Of a stretch of 64,000 bases of DNA, positions 1 to 13,741 are shown one piece after another (position 1 is the first letter of the stretch; each line of letters opens with the position of its first letter). The notes beneath the pieces were generated by a model. It saw nothing but the letters and a program-made list of their open reading frames with translations, ran no database searches and was not told where the DNA came from. The position numbers and the translations under genes are program-made. The stretch comes from Squalus acanthias (lineage: Eukaryota). The stretch spans positions 77,006,001 to 77,070,000 of the forward strand of contig CM059432.1 in the NCBI GenBank assembly GCA_030390025.1, given 5' to 3'.

Positions 1-3000
1 TTAGTGGCAGCATCACTGTACCACAGGGAGTCCACTGCTGATGGGGATTGTTTTTTACTCTAGTGTTTAATATGATGATGGCATGATTTTCTACAGATCT
101 GGGCTAAATGATCATGATTCTTTATATGATGCACAGGATGAAGACATCCAGTTAATTTGGGGACACTTATGCAAAATAAGAAAGAGTCCCTTCATGAAAA
201 TAGACCCAGGTTAGTTAGTGCACTGCCAAACTTGAGTTGATTATTGTTGCTATCACAGGGTTATGTTTAAATCTAACCTTCCCTGCATTAAATGTTACCA
301 GGTTGTTAATACTAATGCTACTGTACAAATTTACTTCCCTATTATGACAGGCTGAAGAGTGCCATTCGATCTCGCTGTTTAGGCAACATGTGTTCACATT
401 AGTCAAATATTACCACAGGGCAGATGAACAAGGCAGAGTAAGGACCCTGTAGTTTATAAAGAAATAAACATTCACGATATTTGCATCTAATAAGTATTTT
501 TTGTTGGAATTGCTTTTTCCGTTTGCAATATTTTACACCTATATGTATAAATTTAGGAAAAGTTTCCAATGTTACAACGGATGTACTGTAATTGCAGTCA
601 GTCAGTGTCATGCTACAAGGTGCGTCATTTCATTTGCAGTCCTCCATTGTCATAAAGACATGTAAAAATGCCTTTATTTTATACAAAATCACTTCACTGT
701 CAAACACGGGTTATCAGCTGTTACACCTTTCACTAAATCCAGCCTACTTTCCAAGTTCGGGTATTGTAATCCCAAAGGAGAAATGTCAAATCATTTGACT
801 TTCAATTACAACAATTGATTATGATTTTAAAACGCTGTGACGTTGTTTTGAAAATATTTACTGACAGCAAAGAAATAAGTATTACAATTGCTTTGCTGCA
901 TACTTTTTTGCACGCAGGGAAACAAGGAAAATGCAAAATACCTTTTGAAACGCGCCGAACATCCTAGCGCAGAATATTAACTAATATCATAGGATTCGCT
1001 AATATTAATAGCGAATAATAATAACGAAGTTTAAATTAGTCAGCGGCAATTTTAATTCATATTTATCACTGTCTGTCACTAAAATGTGTAAACTCGATCA
1101 CTTATAACTGGTTAGTTCAAATTAAGGTAAGATCGAAGATAACGTAATAACCTACCAGCAAATACGAGCTCGTTAACAGAAAATATGTCCTGTTGTAAAT
1201 TTACTCTTATTTAGCTTTATTTAATACCAGAGCTCCACATTGTCAGTTTCATACGGGGAAAGGGGCACTTTTATTTCAACCTAATGAGGAAACAAACATA
1301 ACGATGAAAAGTTACTGCTGATACCTGTTGTTGCGAGGGTAAATTGCCACTGGGCTCCAATCAGTTGTACATAAACCAAAATTGTAATCTCAATTGTCGC
1401 GCTTATATTGGATTGTGCCATTCTTTTGCAGCAACCAGATTTGTACAAGTCACAGGCACAGGTTTAATATCGAAGGACAAGTTAAGCAAACAAAAAGTCC
1501 CCCAAAAAACTGCAAAGTCTGGAAATCTGAAACAAAAAAAAGGTTCTGGAGAACAATTCTGCCGCAGACATCAAACTGTATTTTTACTCTGCGGGTCTTG
1601 ACTGACCTGACAAGTAAAGCAAACATAGTTCCATAAAGAAAGGAGATTAAAAGAAAACAGGAAATCCTTAGAATCAGTCTGGACTTTTCCAGCCATTCGC
1701 TTGACTTTGCTTCAAAATGCAATAAATTCATTGAACTTTTCTGGAGTTTTCGGGACAATCTCTCCAATTATTTCACAGCATGGAGCCTACATTGTTGCTT
1801 TTATTTCTTGTTTTTTCTCCTTTTTCTTTCTCTCTCCCTGTTTCTTTCTCCCTCTTTCTCTCTTTAACTCTCATTATGAGCCTTCTATTGATCAATTAAC
1901 CAATTGACATGGAGGAAGCATCAAAGTTCATAAAAGATTCTCGTCTGATTAATCCTGAACAATATTGACTCGATTCATGTATTGTATATTCTGCTGACAT
2001 TGTCCTGCAAAAAGTCTGGAATAATTTTTCAGTTTTACTTTTCTTTATAACAAAAGGTCGAAGTTGTCTCCAGTTGCCCTTTTTATTCATTCAGTCGCAT
2101 CAAGGCTCATGATGTTTGAAAATGATTGTAGAGGTTAATCTGCCTACGAGGCTCTGGAACAGCAAGTACCTCTGTATTTAGGAACAAGGAATCGAATAGT
2201 GAAATCCAGCAACAAAAAGACGAACCCATCTTTCAAAGAATGAGATAGAAACAGCACTTTAACTACAAGAAAATTTCGCTCCAGGATTCCGGGGTTTAGT
2301 GGATCGTTTTATACAGTGGGTTTCAACTGTTTGAATTGCTATAAATGATGAGATAACATCTTTGCATAAAATAGCAGCTCCCTGCCAATGAAGACAACTA
2401 TATGAGCTCTTTCATAGATAGACGGATGGATAGTTAATGTCATCTGAGCTATCCTCGTCTAACGTTCAAAACATGCAAATAGTATAATATCTGCTCTGTT
2501 TTCAACTCTTACAGGTTACATTATTCATTTGCAACTCCCAGTGATAAACTTCCCATATTCCTGCCGGATAACTGCGATCATTGATACATCAAATAGATCC
2601 AACTGTTACCATATCTTCCAACAACAGGCAAGAGCTCTACGTTGTGGAATAGATTAGGAAGATTAATAAATTCTCTCTCTTTTCCACCAATTCTCAGCGG
2701 AAAAATTTAACCATATGGAAGGCGAGAATTAGAATTTCATCACATTAGACCAAAATGTAATGAAAAGACTCGAACACCTGGGGCCAACTCTGAAAGACAC
2801 AATTAAAAGGTTTTTAATGAAACGGGGGAACAAATACAATCGTACCTCCAGTTATTCTGACACATAAGATTGATTTGCTGGAGGTGTTATGGAATATTAC
2901 TTTAGATTGATGTCACAAGAATGAAAAGCTGCTACTAAACGCTCGGTGCCATCGAGGAAGATTAAAATCAAACAGAAGAAGTCAGAACTGTGAAATGAGT

Positions 3001-3379
3001 TTGTACTGTTTCTATTCAGCTCCGGGAAAAATGCATAAATATAGCTCGGCAGTTTCCTCCTCTTGTTTCCTATTTCCCAGCTATGTGTGATTCCTGTCTA
3101 AGAGATGGGGAGCTGACTTGTAGAACTAGAGCATTAAGTGTGCTCACTGATGGCTGAAAGTCGCCACACATGTCAGCGGGAGGCATTTGTTCGGTTTCTA
3201 ACGGGACAAAAAGCCTTGAAAACATATGCGTTAAGTTGTGTATACAGATGGCTGGAGGAATAATGGACCAAGCGCCACTCTGTAAGCGTGTGTTTTCTTA
3301 GATATAAAATTCTTATATGTGTACATTTTGGAATCGAGTGCTGGGAAGCTTGTAGCCATCCAGACAGTGCAGTTGGAGA

Positions 3380-3520
3380 GAGGGGGGGGGGGAGAGGGGT
3401 ATATCTCGCCGGCTGGATTGTTTGTTACCGTTTTAATCCTATTAATTAAAACGTTAACCTGATTGGTGGACGCTCGGTCCCAACAGGCAACCCTTCATAA
3501 TAACCTGCTCGGAGATAATG
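3380..3520 (+). promoter_or_regulatory. Probable BHLHE22 proximal promoter
   Basis: G-run, TAAT/ATTA cluster, inverted CCAAT (GATTGG, ~3461) and a TATA-like CATAATAA (~3496), about 290-400 bp upstream of the ATG. The TSS cannot be determined from sequence. Confidence 0.4.
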
Positions 3521-3597
3521 ATGTAAAAGCCTCCCGTCTGCTGATCGCCACGGAAATATCTTGAAGGTGAATCCAAGCAGATAAGCGTTACGAGGTG

Positions 3598-3637
3598 CTC
3601 ATCATCATCACCATCATCATCATCAGCAGCAGCAGCA
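3598..3637 (+). repeat. (CAT/CAC)n(CAG)n compound microsatellite in the probable BHLHE22 5' UTR
   Basis: catcatcatcaccatcatcatcatcagcagcagcagc. Confidence 0.85.
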
Positions 3638-3782
3638 CATCGCGACAGATCACAGGGTTAAAAAAAGTGCAGACATCACGATCAAGTGGTGAAAAGATCA
3701 AGGAGAGGACAACTTGAGATATTCAAAGAGTAGTTTATGCAAAAACAACAAAATCACAGCCAACGGACTTGATCTGGCGAGA

Positions 3783-4631
3783 ATGGAAAGGAGCCTCCAC
3801 CTCAATGGACCACAAGAGGATCTTTTTCACCAAACTCTCAGCGCCTCCTCCAAAAGGCTTGAGAGCACTTTCCGCCCGGCCGCCGCTATCGAGCTCTCAC
3901 TGCCCGACCCCCAGTCCCCGATGGTCTGCTTCGAGCAAGCGGACCCCGAGCCGGTCCATCAGCAGCCGGGGGGAGACGGCGGAGGGGGTGTCCGAGCGGG
4001 CAGCGGGCAGTACTCGGATCAGCATGTCACCTCCTGCCGGGAGAGCAGCGGCGGGGATCAGAGCCTGGACGACGACAGCGATGAGCGCTGCGAGCTGATG
4101 CTGATGCGGGAGAGCGGCTCGGAGCGGGGCAGCTCGCTGGCGGCGATGGCCAAAGGAGACGGAGGGCCAGCCACCAAGAAGAACAAGGAGCAGCGAGCCC
4201 TGCGGCTCAGCATCAACGCCCGGGAGAGGAGGCGGATGCACGATTTAAACGACGCGCTGGACGAGCTGAGGTCGGTGATCCCTTACGCGCACAGCCCGTC
4301 CGTCAGGAAGCTCTCCAAGATCGCCACTCTGCTGCTGGCCAAGAACTACATCCTGATGCAGGCTCAGGCGCTGGAGGAGATGAGGAGGCTGGTGGCGTAT
4401 CTCAACCAGGGCCAGAGCTTGCCGGCAGCGCTCCCGTCCTCCGCCACCGCCCTCACCCCCAGTTTGGGCGCCTACGAGCAAGCGGCGGCCGGCGGCTACA
4501 GCTTCACGGCCAGCGGCTTGGCGGCGGCGGCGGCTGCGGCGGCCAGCTGCCCCGACAAGTGCGCCGCCACCGCCGCTCTTTACAACAATGTCACGTCCAG
4601 TCTCTGCAAACAGTGCAGCGACAAGCCTTAA
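3783..4631 (+). CDS. BHLHE22: Class E bHLH transcription factor 22 (Bhlhb5/Beta3), single coding exon
   Basis: ATG at 3783 gives [31 protein letters not shown], resembling the BHLHE22 N-terminus. Olig/Beta3-type b[58 protein letters not shown]-terminus [10 protein letters not shown]. The convergent CYP7 gene favours BHLHE22 over BHLHE23. The ORF track start at 3714 is a TTG. Confidence 0.93.
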   Translation: MERSLHLNGPQEDLFHQTLSASSKRLESTFRPAAAIELSLPDPQSPMVCFEQADPEPVHQQPGGDGGGGVRAGSGQYSDQHVTSCRESSGGDQSLDDDSDERCELMLMRESGSERGSSLAAMAKGDGGPATKKNKEQRALRLSINARERRRMHDLNDALDELRSVIPYAHSPSVRKLSKIATLLLAKNYILMQAQALEEMRRLVAYLNQGQSLPAALPSSATALTPSLGAYEQAAAGGYSFTASGLAAAAAAAASCPDKCAATAALYNNVTSSLCKQCSDKP

Positions 4632-5658
4632 TTAAATAAAAAGGAACAATAACAATTTCCATCGCGAGGGGCAAAAAAAAACAATTGGAAATCAACAACA
4701 GAACGAGACTAAAGTCACTGGGACGGACTTTGTTGTTGTTTGGAGGTTGTGTCTAGAATTGATTCTTTGTACATAAATACTGTTGGAAAAGTTTGGGCGA
4801 GGAACTGGGGAGAGGATCAACAAAAAGAGTTTTTGTTTTGGAGGGGGACTATCTTTTCATCTTGAAGGGTTGATTTGAACAACTCTACGCGTTAAAACTG
4901 CCCAGCCTCAGCAATATTTGTTGGTTCAGAGGTTCCATCAGTGTTAGTAGCTACTATGGACTATTTATATTAGCTTCATCCAATGCTTTCTAAAAATCTG
5001 TCTGCTGTGATTACGGCCGCGATACAGCTAAATTCCAGACTGCATTCGTTAACAATGTGCTCTCAAAACTGTCCCCGGAGTAGAAATAGAGTAACAAACG
5101 GCCATAGAACTTGTGTTCCTTTTTTGTTTTCTGATTTGATTATCACAATTGGAAAGGTAATGGAAAGGAAGCTCGGAAATCAATTATTTATTGTGACAAA
5201 GGAGTTAGATGTCAATTTATTTCTTAACTGTGAACGAGTTGGGTTTTTATAGGAAAAGGGGTTTATGATACTGTAACATTTCACGGTTTTATTTGTGTTT
5301 CAAGTCTCTGTACAGATTAAGATGTGTTAAAATATTTTTGTTACGTTTCTTATGACAAAAACGCTATTTAGCCAAAGTGAGCTTTTTGTTTGCATGACGG
5401 CACAGTGCCTGTCCATCTGCAACATATAAATATATAAATATCATATAAAGTATGTATAGAACGGACTTACGATGTTTTTACTGCTGTCGTGTGTTTGATT
5501 TGCAGTTTGTGCGAACTCTGGTTGACAAGTTGGTGCCACTGCCTCCCTTAAAGGGTCTGTTGGCAGCTCATGATGTATGAGAGTGATGATGTACAAGTCT
5601 GGCCCTGATTATAATATATAGCCATTTGTATGTGTTATCCGTGTTGGAAGACAAATTT

Positions 5659-5664
5659 ATTAAA
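5659..5664 (+). terminator. Candidate BHLHE22 polyadenylation signal (ATTAAA)
   Basis: ATTAAA at the end of a ~1 kb AU-rich UTR-like segment. An AATAAA also lies directly after the stop codon. Confidence 0.35.
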
Positions 5665-8600
5665 CATATTTTGAACAAACGACATCTATTCAATTTCTGC
5701 TTCATAAGCAATTAAAAAGTAGCAGGAGTGGCACTGGTTGGACAATTCATCATGTGAAGGCTTAAAAGTGTGACATAATACCGTAGTAATGGCTTTTTTA
5801 GTGAAATAATCGCTGCACGAGGGAAATCGGTAAAGAAATTATCATCACTGGTACAAAAGCAAGGCCTTTCGAGAGATTCTGATAGGCTGTCCATCCGATA
5901 GACTCAGATTCGTAAGGAGGGTTTGAATCTATCATTTCGAAGAAGAAAAAAGAAACATCTTTAAAGGAAAAATATTGGAGGGCGTGACTGAACAAAATGT
6001 TGAATAACGACATATGGCGTGGATCTGAATTGTACTCTTCCGCTTGATGGAAATTTGCATAATTCCCTTTTCCCGGTTATTTCTTGAATCATTTTTGAAT
6101 GCTTAGAGCCAGTCCTGTTAGACATTTTATAACCCTTTAAATTGTCCTTCTGCTATACGAGACACACAAAGAATGGGAGAAAAAACTCAAGACACTGGGG
6201 TTTGGTTGGCAGGGTTTAAAGTAATAGTTGTCCATACTGCTTAAATATTCAACATAGCTGTTTGTCCTCAGTCCCCAACCATATGCCTTAGACGAGGCTA
6301 AACGTGGTAGAACTGGAATGAATATTTTCTGCTCCACTTACTATCAAAAGATTAATCAGAACCTGTAACTTTTCAGGAAACATAACTATCTGTGCCACAA
6401 AGCAATAGCACGGCAGCCGACACAGAAGGGTTCACTAGCCCGAGGCCGAATGAAATGTCTCTCAGCATTAGATTACAAAGCCTCGGTGCACCTAATTATG
6501 ATTATTAAAACAATTTCCATGACGATGTCTAATATTATGTTAATTTGAAAACAACTGTGTATGAAAACTGTCGACTATAATACCTAAATTCATTTAATGA
6601 AACACATCGTTAAGGCAATTAAACCTCCTGGATGTGATTAAGGAACATAATTGCGACACTGTTCATTGCCATAATTGGGTGTCTTTAATCAAGGGGTATA
6701 GTGAGGAGCAACACTGCCATTACTTTGTATTGTTCTCACTCTGCTGTCCATCACTCTGATTACGAATTATTCCCAGCCACCAGTCCTTTTGCATAATAAA
6801 GTAATTGGATATTGTTGAAACAAGATTTCCTGTATAATATTTCTTTGCCGTACCTCGCTTTGAATAATTGTTGTTTTTATTCATTTCTACGTAAGTAAAA
6901 CTAGACAGATCCTCAAAAAGGGATCTGTGCTTATTTTACAAAAACATATCCCTTGCCAGTTTAGCTTGAGTGTTATAATGATTATCATTATTATTTACAG
7001 TGGGAGTGATAAGTCATCAATACCTTTCAAATCAATACAGATTATCTAAGTTAAATGTACATCGGTCGTGTGTGTTACAGGTTTGAACGCTACTGATTGG
7101 ACTGTCAAAGCCCGAGTGATGCCAGATCCTTGTGTTTGACCGCAGTAATTACACGTATATCGGCGAATACCGCCGGGAGTTGCCACAAGTAACAAGAGGG
7201 CAATAATACACCAAATATTTTACCACAACACGAAAACTGCTACCGAATTTCTAAGTAAAACGAGTATTTACCTCTTCAAATGTTAAAATGACGATGCTAA
7301 AACTTTGAAACACCACACATATTGATATAACTAAAATACAAACTGGAATAAAAACATCTTGTAAATGTCGACAAGTTTTCACTTGTGACCTTTCATAATC
7401 TTTACCTGATTTTTTTTTCTATAGTCTAAGATCACAAGTATTAGTTTCACCGCTTCATCAAGGTATCAATACCACGTATCGTCTCCAGCTGAATGTTTAA
7501 GAGACGCGACTGGGTTGTCGGATCATTACGCCATAGATGGCTGTGTCTAAATGTGGTTTAGCCAATATTTATTTTTCTACTGTTGTGCTTTATTACTTTC
7601 ACGTTGATTTTTTTTGTTTAATTTAAATCACGAGAATATTTAAGCCTGTTATTCCTTCGAGGATACGACAGAGTCCCTGGTCGAAGAGCGACTCTAATCC
7701 TATGGTTGCCCCAGCATGAGTGACATTGACTTTCATAATGTAATGACTTATGAAAGATATAATCATGTGTTAAATTGAATCCTCCGTTTAACTGTTAATG
7801 GTGTGCTCAGGGCACATTTACGTATTAGATGCTATGGTAACTAATTACTGTACCGCTGGAAAAAAAGAGGCGATAATGCACTTTCAGGATTTGAGAAATA
7901 ATTACCAGAATTCACGTTTTGACGAGCCACAGTTAGCATCACTACCGTGAGAATTGATGAATTGCACTGTAGGATAAGATAGCATATTTTAACGTTACTT
8001 TACCTCGTCGAGAATATACTTTAGCGCTGTGATAGTAACCTCGACCTCATGACCTCGAGACCCAGGCAGAGGCGTGGTTTATTACTATTAATAAAGGTGT
8101 AAACTACTATATATAAGACACGGTTTACTTCAAAAGACTTAAAATATATATTACTATACACTTGGATATACATTCCCACATGTGTAATTCTTTGTGATAA
8201 AGCTAGTTTTAAATTATTGTTGTATTGGCTGCTCCATTGCGTAGTATAGAACGAGCAGCTCTCAGTAAATTTTCGGTCTTGTTCAAGAACACATTTGGGT
8301 AAAACGTGACACATTTCACTATACCAAGAAATATGTTCCCCGCCACTCACCGTATTCTTTGGCAACGCGGCATACCTGGGTGTGTAACGAGTTACTTTTT
8401 AGGTGGCGAGAAGTTTTACAACATTAATGGGAATACTTTTCAATAAGAAGACATCATAAGCACATGAGTTTGAAAAGTAACGAATTGGCCATTACAACTA
8501 ATACAGCAATAACTACAAACACGGCAGGAGTGTAGGCAAGAAACACAATCTGCTGAGATCGTGTCATTTTGAGTGGAAGGGTAAGAAATATATGTCTAAG

Positions 8601-11516
8601 TTTAGATGTAACCGATGTTTTATCCGTTTTATTTTACAATTAATTATTATTTCACAGTAAGTCACATACTATGAGAGGTATATGATTTGCCATCCGGTCT
8701 GCATTTACAGATAGAATTGATTGAGAGATTACCGTGGTTGATGTCATTATGGCTGCATGTCATGATACAATTTTTCTATTTCACCCAGTTCCATTTCAAT
8801 CTTACTCATTGTATCATTAACGCATTGTTAGTCTGATATAATACACTCAAATGCACCCATCCAGTCTAAAGTCCGTTAATTATTTTTATTAATAGCCAAT
8901 CAGAAAGGCTGACACGTTATGGGAAATAAAAAGCTGAAGTTTATGATCTGTGGCAAACATTTTATTACGACATTTTGAAAATTACATTCTTGATAATCAG
9001 ACACTGGTCTGTAAAATACAAAATGTGGTACAAATGATGTAGGGTATTCAGATAATGCATTCAAAGCGACATTATAAGCATATTTTAATTTAGTTTATTA
9101 ATTGGGACAGGATTAACAAGTTAGAAACTTCCATACAAAATAACTATTTCTCTTCAGACTCCAGATTCCTCAGCTAGTTACGTGGATAATCAAACTAAAC
9201 AGAGTTCCAGTAACAATTTCTGAAACTGTAGCTACATTGAAGCGTAAAATGAGTCATTAGAGCTATAGATTTCCCAGCAATTATCAAGAGCAGTTAAGTA
9301 CTGGGCTCCAACTGGCTAAACAGTCCTACACGGGCCTTATTCTATCAGACAACAGCACATACTGACAATTAATGGTTAGCAATCCTGTAATATAATTAAA
9401 AAGACAAATAATATAATTCTTCAACAATTAAATCTTTGCAAACAAGTTCCATGACGTATTCTAAATATTTCACATTTTTAACAATCAACATTTTTTGATC
9501 ATCACAATTTATCAATAGTTTTACAATTTCAACCAACAACCAAGGAATATTATTATCTCCTACAAACACAGCACAACTTTATCACATTGACGCACAATTA
9601 AAAATGTCTGTTGTACTATGCAAATATTTTAAAATGTTATGACCGAGGGAGACAGACGTAGCTGGTTCTAAATGGTCCTTCGAGTCTGTACACAGAGTTC
9701 CATTTTAGATTAGTTGCTGCTATTCAAGCAAGCTTACAGTGAAATGTTTCCTGATCCATTCTAGGTGATTTAAATTGGTCTGTAAGAAAGCTTTCCACCT
9801 ACAAATTTAAAAATATCCATCAATCCCACACCTTTCAATGTGTACACCCTGGAGCACAGTTTGCTTCTATATAATGTGTATTATTTGTCATTTATCAGTC
9901 AGGTACTGTTCAGCAGTACAAGCTCTGGAATTGTAGTTTGGGTTCCCTGGAACACTTTGTAAACACAAGGTGGGATATCTTCCAAATTAACCCTGATCAA
10001 AAAATAATTTGATTTATTCAATGTTATTTTGCAAATGTACTGTTATAATGTCAAAATGAAGAAATCAAACTGAAGATTTTTAAATCAAACTTGTTTTTTG
10101 TTAAAGTGGTTATTCTTTAGTGAATTGTATGAATGTTTAATAATGTGATAACATCAGATAAGTGTGAATTTAGAAAATCGGTTCAAAATTATACTTAGAA
10201 ATTCCAAATGACCAGAGTAACACTGCTGGGATTGGGATACAGATATTGGCATTATCCTGATTAGAATTCAACTGCTTTGGAATTCATTTTGAAACCAATA
10301 TAATCACATGGAAGTTTAATTCCAATTTCATGTCAAAGTTGGTCTATTTATATTATTTTGCACAATTGAACATTTGGAACAAGTCTGAATTAACAACTGC
10401 AGTGTAAACAGAGCTTAAGCAAAAAGGCAGACAGCTGCATGTAGAAAAGTGATGGCTTTAATAGCTTGAATTATTTTAAATGTAAAGGAGCTGAGCTATG
10501 AGGAAATGTTAGAGAAACTTCAGTCTTTTGGGTCAGCCTGGTATCTGATACCTGCAGAAATACATTGCCGTACTTAAAAGTCTCAGACCCAAGCTACCGA
10601 TGAATCCACATAATCAGTTTCTGTTTGCCTGCTACCTAGTGAACAGTCTGTCCCAGTAGAGAAATTACCCCACTTACAGAGAACTTAGGTGCAGGTTGGC
10701 AAGGGTCAAGGGACTCCCAAGTGTGTGTAATGGTGCTCTGATGCTTTACTGACTAAACTGCACAGTTTACCAGGACGGAGCACTGATAAACGATCCCTGC
10801 TTGTCCAGCTACATACAAACAGTCACTTCAAAATTAATTATATTTATGAAGCAATTTGATACTATATAAATGCAAATATTATTTAAGTAGGACCGCATTA
10901 CCCATTAAAAGTTGGCTTGCAGGGTAATCTGAGGCTAAGTGGCAAGAATCTCAGCTTCAGGCACAGGTCTCCCCTTCAGTCAATGAGCCAGTTGGCTGGT
11001 TAATCTTCAACAGTGTCCGGAAGTACTGCAGACGTGCCTGACTCAGGTTTTAGATTGCTGAATCTACCACAGAGGAGCAACTATATTCCAATATTGCATC
11101 ATGAGGCATGTCATCTTGGAGCCCACTCAACCCCAAAGAATCACTGCTTACCATTCATTCAAAGGGAACAGTCATTAGTTGGTCATTAGATAACTGACAG
11201 CCGCAGGTTTGAGTTCTTGCTATGTGGACAGCAGGTACCAGGAGCTCTTCACAAGTGGTAAGGTGAACAGCATAACTCAAACTGTGTGAGTGCATTTCCA
11301 TCAGCCTTCTGACTGCAGCATGGACACAAACCATACTCACTGAACAGTGTTTCCACCAGTTCAAGGTTTGCAGCTTCAATAGCAATTGCTCACTTCTCTG
11401 CAACCCAACAAAGGTAACCACCAAATTCTGGTTATATGCTTCTATCGTATGGAGTAATTGCTAATTTTTACACGTTCATCAGCCATTGACTGAAATTTAC
11501 TTAGACAATTGACATA

Positions 11517-11657
11517 GGCCCAGAATTTCCTCAGAGCTGCTCCCATTTCACTGCTTGAGTGTGGCAGAATGCTTACTTATATCCACAAGTGGGGTTTCTG
11601 CCACACTTCCTGTGAAGTTAAGGTGGCAGAACGGATGCAGCGCTGAGGAAATTTGAT
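11517..11657. mobile_element. Small palindromic (fold-back) MITE-like element
   Basis: aatttcctcagagctgc (11524-11540) pairs with gcagcgctgaggaaatt (11637-11653) with 1 mismatch. Inner arms are agtgtggcagaa / ttctgccacact. Confidence 0.55.
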
Positions 11658-12789
11658 ACTCTTTTTCCTACTTTAAAAATGCATTTACTTCCTTGCCTGT
11701 TTTATTATTTTCTCTGAAAAATCCTCATTCAATTTGGAAGATAAATGACCTACTCCCAGGCCTCCCCAAATATTACCAACTGCTCTGAGGCACACAATGT
11801 CATCCAATTTCCACCCCACCCACCCCCGTCCCAGGAAGGTACATTTCTCATAGGTATTGACAAGACTTGGAACTAACTATGTGGGGAACTGTGATCACAA
11901 ACATGTGTCTTTAGTCTTTGTGGCATAGATGTATGCATCTAAGTGGCCCAAAAAGATGAAAAGCTTGGACATTCTTGTCTTAGCATCTTTATCCTGCTAG
12001 GCACAGTATACGTATGGACTACTGACTCTATGTAAAGTTTACTCCCTCTGAAATCAGTCTTATTACTTGAATGAGAAAAATGTCACATGATTATTCCTTA
12101 CATTGGAAATATAAGTCTGCAGTTATGCCATTCTACTACAGTTGATTGGAGGAAGATGCAATGGCAACACAGGAGACCCAGATATGTGAATACAAAATAT
12201 GTTGACCATTAATTAAATTGAGAAGAGTGAATATTTTAATTAAGTTAATTAATTTTCCAATTAACTTTAGTTCCCTTCAAGATTCTCCCACAATATCATT
12301 TCAAAGATCTCATTGGATTTACCTTACTGATAACTTCTTTGTAAACAGTTGGTTCAATCAGAATTTTAAATAGTAACTTTGCACAGGACTATAAATCAGT
12401 ACCATGGCCCAAAATATCTTCATATTTGTATGTGTGAGGTGAGGGAGAGGACAAAGTAAATGTTAGTGGGAGGAAAATGGGGGCAGTATAGTCTGACAAG
12501 TGACACAGCATCACCATTAAATGTTGGTGGGCTGCAGCAACCTCTGATCACTTTTTTTTAGAATACTCCAGGTTTAGTAGGAATTATGAATTATGAAAAT
12601 ACAAGTGATGCTATGTTTTTGATATTTAAAAAAAAATTATATGTCATACCACATGTATAATCTTGGTCTGAGATCTGTATAACTGAAGCTTTTTCATAAC
12701 ATGTAGTTAAATTCTCCAAGAAAGAAACTGATATTCTTTGGGGAAGTTCTCCAACAAGCTCTAAAATGAAATGCATATATTAGTACAAC

Positions 12790-13070
12790 TGAGCAGCATA
12801 CTACACTTTCACCTCAAATGCCTGTGTTTGAACCTAGCTCAGACCAATGGGATAAACATCTTTTCTCCTTGCTTTGTGAAATGTTCTCTAACAGTCTCAA
12901 CTCTGTTCCTAGTGAGTGTAGTTCTTCATCATAAGATTCAATAATTGGCACAAATTTGCAATCTTGCACAAGGGGAAACGTCAAACTGTCCGATATTCTT
13001 CTGAGTTCAGGGGTTAGTTACAATATTTGCATGGTACAGAGGAAGCTTAGGTCTGCATCTGGCCATGCAA
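12790..13070 (+). mobile_element. Degenerate ancient SINE, LF-SINE-like
   Basis: Colinear motifs ctttcacctc, tgtgaaatg, gtctcaactctgttcctagtg, aattggcacaaatttgca, tcaggggtt and gaggaagct resemble the LF-SINE consensus as recalled from memory; not aligned. Confidence 0.4.
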
Positions 13071-13295
13071 TTCCTCACCTGAGAGTGGCTGAAGCTGACA
13101 CTGAATGCCAATTGGAAAAAAAAATCCATTCCCCAGCAACAATAAGCAAAAAATATATTTTAAAAAAGCTGCCTAAATACTATGCAAAAAGCCACGGGTT
13201 ACATATGAAAATATATATACTTTGTAGTGAAATACATTTAATACTAGAAATGTACATGTATTATATATCTAAATACTTACTAAGGTAGAGAAGAG

Positions 13296-13635
13296 GGTAC
13301 GATAGCCTTGTGGTTATGTTACTGGATTAGAGAACTAACTGATCTAGAGAACAATTAAAAACAGTTTTTAAAAATCTGGAAATAAAAAGCTGCTATCAGT
13401 AACAGTGAGCATGGGGCGGTCAGATTGTCATAAAAGCCCAATTGGTTCATTACCATCCTTTAGGGTCTGGCCTGTATATGACTTGATTCCTGCACCAATG
13501 TGGTTGACTCTTAACTGCCCTATGAAGTGACCTAGCAAGCCACCCAGTTGTATCACCACCTTCTCAGGGCAACTAGTGATGGGTATTATATGCTGGGCTT
13601 GCCAGCAATGCCTACATCCCGAGAATGAGTAAAAG
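13296..13635 (+). mobile_element. SINE sharing its 3' tail with the LINE at 17066-19165
   Basis: Degenerate tRNA-like head. The 3' end caccaccttctcagggcaactagtgatggg...gccagcaatgcctacatccc matches the LINE 3' end caccaccttctcaagggcaattagggatggg...gccaatgacgcccacatccc. Confidence 0.7.
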
Positions 13636-13741
13636 GAAAAGTGCTATTAATACCACAATTCTAGGAAATGAGAGAGTTAAAGAAATTTGCTGTGTACAGC
13701 AAAATAAAGATCTAAAATAATGTTTAAAAAATATTCTAATA

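Noticed and set aside
215..2090. Short ORFs upstream of BHLHE22
   Set aside because: No recognisable domains, mostly non-ATG starts, composition typical of non-coding DNA.
3714..3782. N-terminal extension of BHLHE22 in the ORF track
   Set aside because: It starts at TTG; recognisable homology begins at the ATG at 3783.
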